Part shown: positions 1-13,600 of the stretch, piece by piece | Layout of the letters: each line of letters opens with the position of its first letter | Numbering within the stretch: position 1 is the stretch's first letter | Origin: Yuukianura sp. NJ FZ-2021 | Taxonomy: Eukaryota | Direction: 5' to 3' | Assembly (NCBI GenBank): GCA_046563655.1 | Contig: CM102285.1 | Location: 11,408,001 to 11,472,000 of the forward strand | Length of the DNA: 64,000 nt | Made by a program: the position numbers and the translations under genes | Notes under the pieces: model-generated | Database searches by the model: none | Seen by the model: only the letters and a program-made list of their open reading frames with translations | What the model was told of the DNA's origin: nothing

Positions 1-88
1 AAATGGGTTCCCATTGTTGTCAAATTAGAAAAAGCAGCTACTAGTACTTTCTCCCTGTTACTAAAACATGCTCTGTTTGACATTTCAG

Positions 89-613
89 GGGAACTATGAG
101 ACACGTTTTGAGTTGATTGCTTCAGGACTTATCGAGAAAGTTTTCTTTGAATTGAAGCATTCACGGGTCGTAAATAACTTGGAAATTAAAAGTAAGATTG
201 AGACTCAGGATCTTATTAACGATAGCAGCATACACAGCCAGAAAATAATCTAAACGCAACCTTAAGGACTTTGACTTTTTCTTTTTTACGGACTAGAGCG
301 TAAAACTGGATGATGAAAATTCCTAGAAACGTGCCGGAAGGGTTGGAATTGGGAAGCGTTCCTAACAAACAATGGCCAAAACAGAGTTGTGAATTCTTTT
401 CACATTTTCGAATTACCGATCTCATCATCATGGATCCGAGTGAGTCTCTGTAAGTTTTTTTGGAATTCAAAATTGGATTTTAAAAAAGTATTTAACTCTT
501 GCCTTTGCAATGTTTTTTATTCACATTTTCTATTTTATTTTAAACAAAAGTCATCGCTTGTCCCTGCCACAAGAAACTGGAATTTCCACCTATTAGAAGG
601 CTTGGAAAACTAG
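89..613 (+). CDS. Possible 3' exons of an unidentified gene entering from the left edge
   Basis: Candidate exons 89-191, 327-439 and 551-613 join in phase with GT-AG sites (GNYETRFELIASGLIEKVFFELKH...SSLVPATRNWNFHLLEGLEN*). The acceptor at 326 is weak and no family was recognised. Confidence 0.2.
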
Positions 614-1653
614 TAGAAGTTAAATCACAGGTCTGTTTGACTACAACATTTGTTTCGGTAAAAGTTAGGAAAATATTAATTAGTTTAAATTTTAAATGGA
701 GCTCTAATTACTTTCCGTACAACGTTCCATTTCTTACATAACAGTTAACACGTTTTTCAATTTGGTTACATCTTGCCAAATTCTAAGTAGCACCGGTAGC
801 ACCTTTATAACAATGATTTGCTAGACATGTAACTCTGTTCACTGACTCTTTACTTCTAGTGACTTTCCGTTTAATTTTTAGCACAAAAAGTTATACCTAA
901 TTAACAAAAATTTCATTTCGTTGCTCAAAATTAAAAGTCGCGAATATTTGTCTTACTACAGGGAAGTCTGGATACTTTGTCAATGCCAACCGTGGAAGAA
1001 GGTTCATAAATCCTGAAGCTGTATCTTTTTAATAACTCTGTGCTATTAATTATGGAGTGAACTGAGGACGCTGAGACGTGACGGCAAGTCGCATTTCCGT
1101 CGCATCAAGTTATGAATTTAGGGAAGGAGAAAGTTGTACTTGTGCCTCCCAAAAACACAGTTCGACATCAAACATAACTTTAATAAGCTCTCCTTTCAAA
1201 GTGAGCTGTTTTGGCAAACGCTGTAGTTGTGACTGTAATATTATTTGTTTTTATAAACTTCTGTCCAGGGAGACTTAAAGTCCCCCAGTTCGCTCCTGTT
1301 TCTATGTTAAGCATCAATTCCTTACTTTTGAGTTTTTAGAACACAGCTTTTGTTTTTTAATTAATCTCCTAGTCGTGCTCGTCCGCCGTCTGTCAAAGCC
1401 ATCTCAAGTCTCAGTCCTTATTAACCTCGTCTCTGTGTTCCCTTTGAGCAGTTTAGCAAGTATTAAATTTTTGGGACCTGCATCACTTATTGCAAAATAT
1501 AATTTTAACCGAAGAAAAAACAACAAAGTTCGCCAAAAATTAACTTTGAAGTTAACCTTTGACCTGATTCAGAATCAAGCCAATTGTAGCTTGTACTGCG
1601 AAATTTGAACTGACCAAATTTCGGACAAATTTCCAAAGAGAAACTGAGAAAGT

Positions 1654-4600
1654 TCAAACGGTTATTTCTTCTGTAAAACGAGATTTGTCATCTAAATCGA
1701 GAATAATTTTGACTGAACCTCTGTTGCTGGAGGAAGTAGTTGGAGCAGATGCTGGGGAGCCAACGGTGTCCGCCTGACTTTGATTTCCTGTCGTTCCTGA
1801 AAGTGATTGTGGTGGTTCCAGAATTTGAACTTTCTCCTCAGTACAAACCCCGGGTTCTTGAGACGGTGGGGCACTTGCAGTTATGATGCTCCCGGGAATT
1901 GTTTCACTTGCTTCAGCCGCAGCTCCATTTTGAATATTCCCTTCTTCAAGTGGGATGAGCAACGTTTTCCGAATGCTATTCCCAACTTCATCCTCTTCTT
2001 CATAGTCATCTACATCCATATACTCCAACCCATCTTCGTCGTCAGTGGAAATGGGCGAATCTGGTACCTCCGCCGGCTCTCTGACAACGGCAACCATTGA
2101 GCAAATTTCATTCCATTCTACGGCAACGTTACAACTAGTAGATGGATTCTCTTTGACCAAATCCTCCGTCAATTCTTCCCGGACTTCTGGATACGGAACT
2201 ATGACTAGTTCTTGGCTCTGAACTTCGCTCTTGTAAAGGGTCACTACTTGCTTTCCAGAGGCAGCGGCAGCACTTTCTTCTTCTGATATGTGGTGTAACC
2301 GCGGCGTGGGAGTCGTTTTGCTGGCTTTAAAACTAGATTCATTTGGACATACTGTTGTCGTGGGCGGGGCTGAAACTGGAGTTGGACAGTGCAAACCGTT
2401 GGTATCATTAGAGTCGGAAACAGTAGAGAGAAGCGTCACTGCTGCGGCTTGCATGGCCATGATTTTGTCTACTAATTGGCGATTTCCTAACTTGACGTTA
2501 CGCTCTTTGAGATCTTCTAATTGGGAGTAAAAGCGCTGAAACTCTTCCTGGAAATTCGTTAAAACAATTTTGCTTCAAAAAACACACCACTTTTGAAATA
2601 ATTGAATAATAACTACTGGACTGTTATTGAATCTGAATGTTGAAAAGTGGTTTTGTTTTGTATACTTTTACCTGAATGTCTTCTGGAAGTCGTGATCCAG
2701 AACTAGGATCTTGCAGTAGAGCATTTGAAACAAGTGAAGCATGGAGTCCCGTTCCAGTTGAATTCTGGGCACTAAGGCTTGGTTGCTTGTTGGCTTGAGC
2801 TCCACGGCTCTTCGTGATAAATTTGGCTGTAGCATTTCTGGATTCATCAGAACTTGAGCCCTTCCCATGTCCTCGGAAGACCATATAAGCCTGCAAATTT
2901 TAATTAGAACGTCAACACTCCATCAAAATCACTAGATTATTTAAAAAATAAAGCCGTAGAACCAAATTTCATGTTCTAATCTCGGATATCACAACACTGC
3001 CACCTCTGCTTCAGGGATTTACGAATTCAGAATTTTGAAATCGCATTTTGTACCTTCAGAAAGGAGAAACTTTTGGTAACGAAAACGAGTAATTACGACA
3101 ATTCCAATTCCAAGCTACGGAGCGAAACTAACTTAATTTTGATTGTTACGAAGAGAGTGGGATTGAATGTGAGCATAGGATACAAATCAAATTCAAAATT
3201 TCGACAAACCCCAAGGCAAATATTAGAAAATCAAAATCCAAGCTCAATTAAAAATCTAATCAAAAGTGTCCTGGAAAACGTGGGATCTATAGATCTAAAT
3301 CCAAAGTCGCTTTTGGCTTAGATTTAGAATATCACAGTAAGAGTAGTAAATCCAAATCCGGCTCTTGTTGCCCGCAAGTGTTTGTTCTCTAATCAAAAGT
3401 CTCCATGTTGAATAATGTTTGCATAAGAGATGACATCCGACACTGGAACCATTCCCCCGGAAATTTCGAGAATAATACCCTATGTCTCCTGTTTGAATCC
3501 ATCCGCAGAAATATTTCCAACTTCCAAAATCCAAACTTCGATTTTCACACCCCAATAATTTTTGACTTCGAGTTTTAAAAAAGAAAATATGCTTTATACA
3601 AAACTTCTGAACCCCTCTGTAAAGGCATTCTTAACAAAACAGACTATGCCTCCCAAGGAAGACATTTTACCGGTGTGATAAAATTGTAGTACTAACAGTT
3701 TTCGTGTAAAAACATGAACAAAAACGAAAAAGTGAAGTCTACTCTCAAGATTTTTTTTTGACATTGGAGAAAGCAAGTTTCTCCAACGTGACAGCGATAA
3801 AGTGAGTCCATTGTGCATCGTTAGTTTTTCGACTACGAAAATTGACTCAACATGTCCTAACAGGGACAGCGTTAGGTGGAAAAATTTCATGAATAGAGAA
3901 TGAATGTAAACATTTTGGTCCATGCATAAAGTCACAGAGTCATTTCATCTTCATCAAATATTTACAACTTTCACCACGATGGCTACTACTCTGCTAACAT
4001 TCCTACCTTTTCTAGACAGAAGACCACAAACACAAGTGTAACCTACCCATGCACGTCCCTAGGGAGAAAGTTGGTCCAATGCTCCTTCAGTGCTGGGAGC
4101 TTCACGAATTAAACTGTTCCATTTCTCTGAGACACGGTTGAAGTTAAACTGCTACAAACATATTTATGGTATTGCCACTTATTTTATAGCCTCTGCAGCT
4201 ACTCCTACTCCTTTGACTCCAGAAAACGGTAGTACACTGTAAAATGTCGGGAATTGAATGTTTCAAGGCATAGGACATAGTTAATAGGACTGTTATTTTT
4301 CCATAATGGGCAATAACTCCAAACAGATTGGGCCTTTCAGAAGGAAATCAGTGTTTTATTAGACGAAACCAGAACAGGAAAAGTACTTCCTTTTCTCAAA
4401 AGGTGAACGCAATAACCTTAGTTACTGCGAAGAAAGCCTATTATTTCTGCAACTCAGCGTTACATAACTCCCAACTAACAAGCAGTACAATTTGATGGGA
4501 CTGAAGAAAGCACCGAAGTGAAAATTTTCGAAAACGTTCAGTCCATGTTGACAAGAACATCCTTTTACTTCCTTTTTGAAAAGTTTGTTTAAAAACTGGG

Positions 4601-7600
4601 GATGAGAAGAGATTAAATTAAGGTTCTGTGAATAATGGAGTGTTTGTTTATGCAGAAGCTGTTAAGTACGATGAGCTCTCCACTTTCATTTGAAATTTTG
4701 CGCAACAGCAGTCTCCCCGATTTCGGTGCCCGGAGATGTGAAGATTACATAAAGTAAAAGAAAATGGAAAAGAAAGTTATGATATTTTCTGTTACATTTT
4801 CGTTGTTGTTGGTTCCTTCCATGCAGGAAGCCTATTATCTGAATTAAGGCTTATTACGCAAAGGAAATTGGAGGACTGGAGCTTTTTGCCTAGAAACGAG
4901 CCATAGTCTTTCTCTACTGTAAAAGAAATGAGGCGACTACCGCCTTCCGTTTCCATGAATCCCGAAACTTTCTCTGATTTTTCTTAGTCATTTGGACTGG
5001 AAGAGACAGATTACTTACTTTACTTCCAAATATGAGGCAGAGAAGAAGTGTCATCGTGAGCTGAACGTGGCAGAAGAAGATTATGTAGAGTAAATCAGGG
5101 TTGGGTGGTGACTGGAGAAACAGCCTATGGAACAAAAATGACAAAATTAGTTCATAAACTTTAGAAAAAGAAAAAGCGATTTTCCATTTTTGAAAAATTC
5201 TGGTCCAAAAAACAAGAGTCATCATCATTAAGCAACCACACTTTCACTGTTTTTTTTTACTTTCTCTGCAGTTTTAACCACTTATTTTTTGCAATTTCAT
5301 CTTCTAGCAAGCTCAGGCTCAGCAAAAATAGGGAAAAAAGTAAGGTAGACTTTAATCCCACAGGTCGTTTAGAAGTGGCATTTCTTAATGGAGATGGATT
5401 TTCTTCAAATGAATTAGAAAACCCTGTTCGAAGCAGGAAAAGTAACTTGAGAAAAAACTTCAAATTCTGAGTTGAACACAACCTAGATCTCATCTTTTTC
5501 TCATTTCTCTCACGAATGTTAAAAGAGAAAACAAATTGGCCTAATTTGCAATGACGAAAAAAATATCAAGAAAAAAAAGTATTGTCTGTTCTACCCTTGT
5601 AATTGACTATTGAAAGTGGAAATTTGATTATCTTCAAAAATTAATGAAATATGAATATTAAAAGGATTGAATTTCTTGATATGACCTAGTTTTTTTGAAA
5701 AAAAAAATGCTAAAACTCACATGGAAATGTTGAGAAAGAGCGACAGAAGAAATTCGTTGTAGATTGCTAGAGAGATGAATTTACTTTCATTGAATTCTGA
5801 CGGAGCCTTGCGGACGACAATACAGAGACGAATTCCCCAGACGAGAAAGGAGAGTTCCACTGGAAGTAAACAAAAAGAAAATAATGAGATCATTAAGCCG
5901 TCTCTCTTGCTTTCACTTTTCAAACAAACTTTTTAGTTCAGCCGTTCTATTTGAACAAGCCACTGGACACTTATTTGGAGGCGAAATTTCACATCTAAGC
6001 AAAATAAGCACTAATTTTTCAAAAATAAAATAGAGAGAAAGTTTTGCTCTCAGAGATAATTAAAAACCTACGTCTCAACCCTTCTTCCAACGATCATTTT
6101 TCAGAAATTCTCAAAAGCTGATTGTTTTTTCAATGTTTTTCAGCATTTCATTGTAATTGAAGTTCTAAAATGAAATGTGGTTTCCCTCTAACCCACATAA
6201 TTTCTAAAGCCGTTTGCTTTTTGTGTAAAGTTTATCCACTTCCCAAAAATTTGACTAACCCTGTGGTGAAAGTTCTAACAATAAGTTCCTTTTGGGCAAC
6301 GAACAAAGTCACTTTGGCATAATTAATCAGAGCCAATTTTCAACTGTCCAATACTGCTGTCAAGTGAAATTAAAATGACGACAAGGACGAACGATAGTCA
6401 AATAATGTCCTTGGGCTTGACAAGAAAAGTATGTCTAGCTCGATAACGTGCTACGACTGAGCTCAATTGAGCTCAGAAATAATTAAAAAATGGAAGATTT
6501 CCTTCTGCGTGTCTTCTCTGATTCATCAACATGGGGATGAAGCAGACGTTTTCTCAGTCAAATGGGAGTATTCATAAGACAACCAAAAAAAGTGCTTTCT
6601 CTTCGCTTTTTTTCTCTCCTGGAAAATACTTTCGTTTCCCACAACTTTTTTGTCCAAATACTAAAAAAATTCGGAAGAACCTTTGCAAGAAAAAAAAATT
6701 AAGGTAAACCTTAACAAACTATCTATACCTAACTCTGAGCTTTCTGTTAGCGAAACTGACGAAGAGTTTTCTGTTAGGTATGGCTATATTACTGGAAAAT
6801 TCGACAAAAAATTCTGACTTTTTTAAACTGTATTTCTTTTTACAAATTTTTTTTGATCTTCCGTTTACGAATATCTGGAGAAACGAGCTCAACTCCTGCA
6901 ATAATCTGGTTAAATTTTTAAAGTGATTGAAATAACCTACAAGAAATCAAAGTTTAACTATTTATGAACGCATGATCACAAGAAAATCCCATTTCTGACA
7001 TTCAGAAATGGAAAGAGTATGGCGTGAGCATAGTAATTTGTTTTTTGTATTTGAACTACAACTTTCATGTCGCCCAGAACCTAAATAAGAGAAAAACGGA
7101 AAGTATGATTTATATTTTGTGAACTGGTGGTCGGCAAATGCGACAGGTATGAGTTTATTAAATAAAAAGTGAGCGTGGAATGGCCCAACATTCGTTCTTT
7201 TTGGCAAAAAGAAAGATTTGGCCCGAAGGAAGTGATTTAGACGTGGAATTCCTTATGAGCCCAAATTCTTATTTCCCAGCAGGGTACACAAATCTCATTT
7301 CTCATACGGCTTTCCATTTATCAAAGAGAAAAATTCTAGGTACGTTCGTAACTTGTAAGAGAAATCAAGAATTTCTGTTTTCCCTCTTTTTTCAACGTCT
7401 GTCTACGTGGGTAAAGTTGTTACTAAAGCAATTGGCACAGATAGTTCCATAGGTTGTATCAATCTGTCCAAAGAGAAAACTTATTTCAAAAAGCAGAGTT
7501 TGAACCTAAACTTTCTCTTTTCACGGCAAAGTACTACGTTAACTCCCCTGAACGTCCGAAATTTTAATTTACTGCTTGCCAGAATTACATAAACTTTCCA

Positions 7601-10600
7601 CCGTCCCACCAGACTTTTTTTTTTGGTTGAAACTTTTCGGCCCGATGTTTTCAAATCATAAATACTGCATTGAATGGGATAACATGTTGCTAAAAGCTGA
7701 ACCAAGGAAATAGGCTAAAAAATTCCTGGATTTATTCTTTTGGGAAAAGCAAAACCCTTCAGAAACTAACAGAATTCAGTTTACAAAAGTCAAAAAATAT
7801 TTATCAGATAGAGCCACTTCATTTGCTCTCGCTTCAATCGCTTGGGGATTCACTTTTTCCAGCAATAAAATTTTAATCGAAAAAACTTCCCCTAAACAAT
7901 CCTAAAGATTACATAGAAGAAAAATGGGCCTGGCGCCGAGGGCAGGGGATGTTTTTATCCATGTAAAGATTAGAAAGAGAAAGTTCTGGAGCAGATGCAT
8001 GGAGCATCTTCAACTGTCAGAGAGCAGACACTCGAATCACTGTGGAATTTGCAGTGGTCCTCATCTGATATTCAAGTCTATGGCTATCAAGACTTTTTTC
8101 GAGATTGAATTTCCCATTTTCCCGCGAAAGAGAAAAAAAGAACAGGAGGTAACGCACGGCATTTAGAAGAGAGAACTGGCCTACAGGAGATTTCTTTTTG
8201 TGCCTGTTTGATCCATACATGCATGAGCGTGTGAGCGGAAACAGGAAAAGGCCTAGCGTTCAACTTTCAGGGAAAGTGTTAACAATTTCTATACAAGAAA
8301 AATCTAATGTGAGTGAAAGCCTTTCCAAAAAAAATGGAATAAATTGGAAATACTTCAGACTGTTCAAAATCTATAGGAAAATCTTCTTGCATGAAAATTT
8401 ATTTCGGTAGATTAGCCTATTCACTGCAAACGACAACTATAAGAACGTACCAGTCCAATTTCCTGATCTTATTTTTTTTGACAAGCTGTACATCCTATTT
8501 CAAACACTTCCTTCTAGATTCCCTTTTTTCAAAAATTGGAAGGAAACAGATAGAAACTGAAAATTTTTTGCACGAAATTGCACAATCTAGATCACAGAAA
8601 CGCAACGTCAAGAGACTAGGAAGAGAGAAAGCAAGCCGTCCGTGACTCTAAACAAAAATTCAAAAAAGTGGAAGCTGGAAGGGTCTTTAATATTCATTAT
8701 TGAAATCTAAGAAAATTTCAGTTTCACTCGTTCTGTAAAAAAAAAAAATTCATGTCAATAGTATTTAAAACAAATCAACGCCTTTAGACACTGAAGAGGG
8801 AAAAACGGCTTTTGAAAAGTGAAAGTGTTTTGGCCGAGTGAAAACGCACATGATACGCTTTTCACTTTTCCCCGACAACCTTTAAACTTCACACAGTTTT
8901 TTCCCAAGGTTTCGTCATTACTCCATTTGCTTCTCCACGACTACCTCCCTACTTCCCTGGTTTTCTTTTCACTAAAAGTTTACTGGTCTCAAGGGATACA
9001 TTATGATCCTCTTCCTCCTCTGGATCCTTTTAGAAGGCCATTTCTAGAATCCTAGAAGAAATCTAGGAAACTACAAAATCCTGCATCTAGCACAACTAAA
9101 ACTCTTTTGTGTCCCTGGGAAAGGGGTCATTCAATTCGATTTAGTCTTGAGCCACAAATGAATCTTAACATCGGAGTCAATGGGATGACCCAAAAGTAAA
9201 AGTCAAAGCTTTCTACACCCATCCCAAACAACCATACATTTCACAAAGAAGTGCTTCGTGAAAACGATTACCAGAATGCTGGTCTACGAGAAGTACTTCA
9301 GGCGCTTTTACTCACAACAACAACAAAACAAACACCAAAAAGCTAGCAATTTTCGTCCTAAAATGGTTAACTTTAAGTTGAGGGAAAAACAAAAACATTC
9401 GCTCTAGAAAGTAAAAAAAACATTTTGTAACCTGAAATAACTTTTATTGAGGGAATTTCACATTTCTAGAGCCGCCTCTAACGTAAAGCGATAGGAATTC
9501 ATTCAGCGATAATTCACACCAAATAAATTACCAAATACAGTTTGTGTGTAGTATCTCAAACCATGAAAGAGCTTATTATTTATTGGAAACCTTTGAGTCT
9601 TCAAAGAACACGCAATTAGAGAAAACTAAGAAAATCTTTTGCGTTTGCCTCTCTGGTTCTGTTTTGCAGTAGGTTGATATTTTGCTCTTGCAGCAATTAC
9701 ACACCAAACCAAGTCCTAAACATTATCGTTAACATTTACAAGACGTTAAATGTGAAAAGGTCAAAAGAAACAGCATTATAGTAAAACTTTACAAGGTATC
9801 TAATTTCCCACAAACCAGAATTAAGCTTCTTTGAAAACCCCCCAAGTTCTGAAATAGAATACCGCTGAGTGGGATGCTTTATGTAATATCAAAACTATTT
9901 TAGGAAATAGAAATATGAGAAAGCAGATTTTGGTTTTACATATTTTTTTTTCTTTTGATCCACCTTTTACTCACAATAAGTAGGATCTCGGATCAATTTT
10001 AACCAAAGTGAAAGCACATTTTGTCTGAAGAACCACGGACTTCAAAAGAATTGTAATATGTAAATGGAAAAAAGAGTAAGTTGCTTAACATAACTTAAAA
10101 AAAAACTAATTCGGGCTTCGTTTTACAGAACAGAACACTGAAAAGAAAAGGAACAAATATATCGTAAAAACTGGGAAATAATTGACCCAGTTTTTGAAAT
10201 TGAAATTGATTAATTGAATTTTAAGAAACTTATTCGTGAGGCTGCTTTCGTACAAACAAACCGTCCTGCAATGTGTAAGTCAACGTAAGAATTCAATATT
10301 ATGTTGAGCCAAGTTGCTGAGTTCTTGAGAAGCTTCTTGAATCAAAGATGTATCTGATTTGATTGGGTCTAATCCGATTACTTTTCCATTATAAGTTACT
10401 TGTTTCCGTGCGTAGTTTCTCAATTCGTATTAGCTACTTTCTTTCAAATACACAGAGTGAAAGGCTAAGTTGGGAAACAGAAAAGAAACGAAATTGAAAA
10501 AAGTGAGGGAAAATATTAAATTCATTTTCCTTTCCTTTCTGAATATTGGTTCTTTCCACATAACTATCCTATCAAATCCACAAACGTTGTATCCTCCTTT

Positions 10601-13600
10601 ATATTGCTCGTAGTTTTTCAATTCTTGAGATAAAAGACGTATCAGACACTAGATTTAAAAAGCGTTAAATCCGTTTAAACCTTTCGAAGCATGAATAATT
10701 CGAGAAAGTAACGAAATGCCTCTCACAGAGTTCTTAGAAATTTTCAGCTCGCAATTCTTTAGAACTTTCAGTACCAATTTTCTAAACAAATTTTACAAAA
10801 ATTTAATAAAAGAACTGGAGTGTTTTTGTTAATCTCTTCTCAAGGACGAAAAAAAAACTTTTAGTGGTTGATTAAAAATTTTGTGGAAGAAAAAGTAACC
10901 ATAATCCTCCCATCATAATTTAAGCCTAATCTTTAGCACTCATTCTTCCTTAGACAGAAAGCTTAGGGGAAAACTTGAGAATTCATTAGTTGAGCCACTT
11001 CGACTCTCGACTCTTTCAACTGCAAAAGACAGTGAAGATTTTCAAAATTTAAATTTCGCAGAAACTTAAAAAAAAACGCAAAGAGAAAAGAGTGAAAGTT
11101 TTTAGTCCCTCCTTGTAAAAAGTTCAATTAAAATCACTCCCTAATCCGTCCTTTTAAGTATCCATTTGGTTACAGTCGTAAAGCGTTTTTCGCTATAATT
11201 TTAAGTCTCTTTAGTGCTCCCAGTTTCTCCTTTCCTAAATGTTAGGATACACAACTACCACTTTACCTTTTCACTACTTTCACTTTTAGAGAAAAATAAT
11301 ATTTCCATAAAAAGGGCATTAGGCAGTGTCACCTTAGTTTTTAAAATAATGGAAATCACGTTTTCCAACTCCATTATTGCCTCCCTAGGACTAATAAACG
11401 AGATTTCATTATTTCACTTTTTCCACTATCATTTCCCGCCTCACACTTCTTTAAGTTTTTCCTCTTTGAATTATGACTTCAAAATGTCTGCTTTCTCTTT
11501 TCTTAGTTTCCAGGAGAGAAAAAAAGTAATCCTAAGTAATTTTTTGTCTGTTGAATCTGAGTTACAAAACTCATTTTGGCATAGGTATTACGAAAAGAGT
11601 AATGTGAAAATGAAAAATGAATGAAGGGATCATTTTTAAAGCCTTCTTTTACAAAGTCTTTCTTTTCTCTTTTCTCTTCTCTTCATTGGCCCTAATGGAA
11701 ATGATAAGTAAAGCACTTTAAATTTGTCATGTTTATCTTTCCCCTTGGCCTGCCACTTTTTCATTGTATAATACTTTCACCGTGTCTTTACGTTTCTTTA
11801 TCACTATATCCCGTTGTTCTTTTTATCTTAAGTAAGCTCTTCTAACCCTCCGAAGGGAAGTGGAGCAGTTTTTTACTTGAACTTCCATTTAACCTAACTC
11901 AAAAAAAAGTATTCAAAAGCAATTGCAAGTGCAACAGCAAGCTGACAAATTTCTGACGGTAAGATTTCAGAGTGTGACGTCTTAAGACAAAATTTCGAAA
12001 GTTTCATAACTTTCCCAGTTAGTACTAAGAAGTTGTAAGTGCCAAAAGTTGTGCTGAACCGTAGTATTTATATGTAAAAGAGAGTAATGAAATAATTTGG
12101 TGACTTACTAATTGTAAAAGAGTGATCCCACCAATCGCTGATGCAAAGCCAGGCTTTGAGGTTATTATCGGCAGTGTAGTGGACGACAGACACGGGCGGA
12201 GACACGAGCGTTCGAATGACCAGAAGAGCCGTAAACATCCCCACAATCATTCCAAGTCTCTTCATCAAGTCCAGGTCAGTAATTTTAACTGCCTTTGCTG
12301 ATCTCACGCGGAAGATTACTGAGATCCTGAAATGTAAAATGAAGTAGAGCAAAAGAAATGAATGGGCAAACAACGCCCACTCCAAAATGCAAGCGAAAAC
12401 TAATCCTAGTCCATTTACTTCCAATCCCACCCCTTCTTCTTTGTATGCAAACTCTATTAAAGCCGTATGGATTTCAAAGCTCCAAAGAAAACAAAATCTG
12501 AGCCTTAGAGCTTACCGCCATGTTTTCAGCATAAGTGCTCCGTAGGCCAGAGAAAAGCCAATTTCTCGGAGCCACACTCGCATCGTGCAGCTAATTATTG
12601 ATGGAATAGGATACATCACCAAAATCTGAAAGGAAAAAAAGTTGTCCTTCTTAAGTCCAGCCTCAAAACCTACTCTACAATTCTATTTCGGGTACCTAAA
12701 ATCAATGCGGTAGAATTTTGAAATGAGAAAAAAATTTGAGCTCAACAAAACGAAAAACTCACAAAAAATTTCAAACTCATAGTGTTTGAAAGAGTTGCAT
12801 TTAAAAAAAGACGCTTTGTTTCAGAAGTGTAGCACTAACGAAGTTGAATAGAAAAATAGTGCCGAGTTAGCTTGTTTCATGCATGCATAAAAAGGTGGAA
12901 AAAGTAGAAGAGAAAAGTCTCTTGAGTATTAAACTTGAAGAACAACAGAATGAATTGAAGCTTACCGTACAGTAGGTAAAGAATGCTCCCAGAACTATAA
13001 ATCCCAACAAAACAGGACTTGCCGCTCGAATCACCTGAAATAAAAACACAATTCCGGTTTAAAACGATGCATTTTTTAACAACTTACATTTGAATCAAAA
13101 TCCCTTTCCCAAAATTGAATTATGAAAAGAAAGTTAAAAAAAAACTCTGAGTCTGCATAGGTTGCATTCGGCCTAAACTTTGCAAAAAGTAAAACACACT
13201 CTCTCTTGTTTAAGTAAAACATTGAATTGATTTCTCCTTCTCATTTTGGATGGGAGAAAGATGGATTAAGGAATTTAAGCCGAGTGTCACAGAGCATTTA
13301 TTGAGCTCTGTCCAATAGTAAATAGAAGCTGAAAGGAACTGGGTTTGTCAAAGTGAAAGTTGTGGTGAGTAGAAAACAGGCGGAAATTAGAAAGTGAATA
13401 GGAGGAAACTCCTTTGAATTGTTGGGAATGGCTCTTTTGAATCTTTGGAAGTGGGATTAATCATCCTGAAATAGACATCTTCAGAGTGCTTTCCATTCCA
13501 TTTTCTCTTCTCTCCACCTAAGAATGACACTTAAGACACTTTCATCCTTTCGATTGAGCTTCCTATTACTCAAGGAGTTGTAAACCACATAAAGACTTAT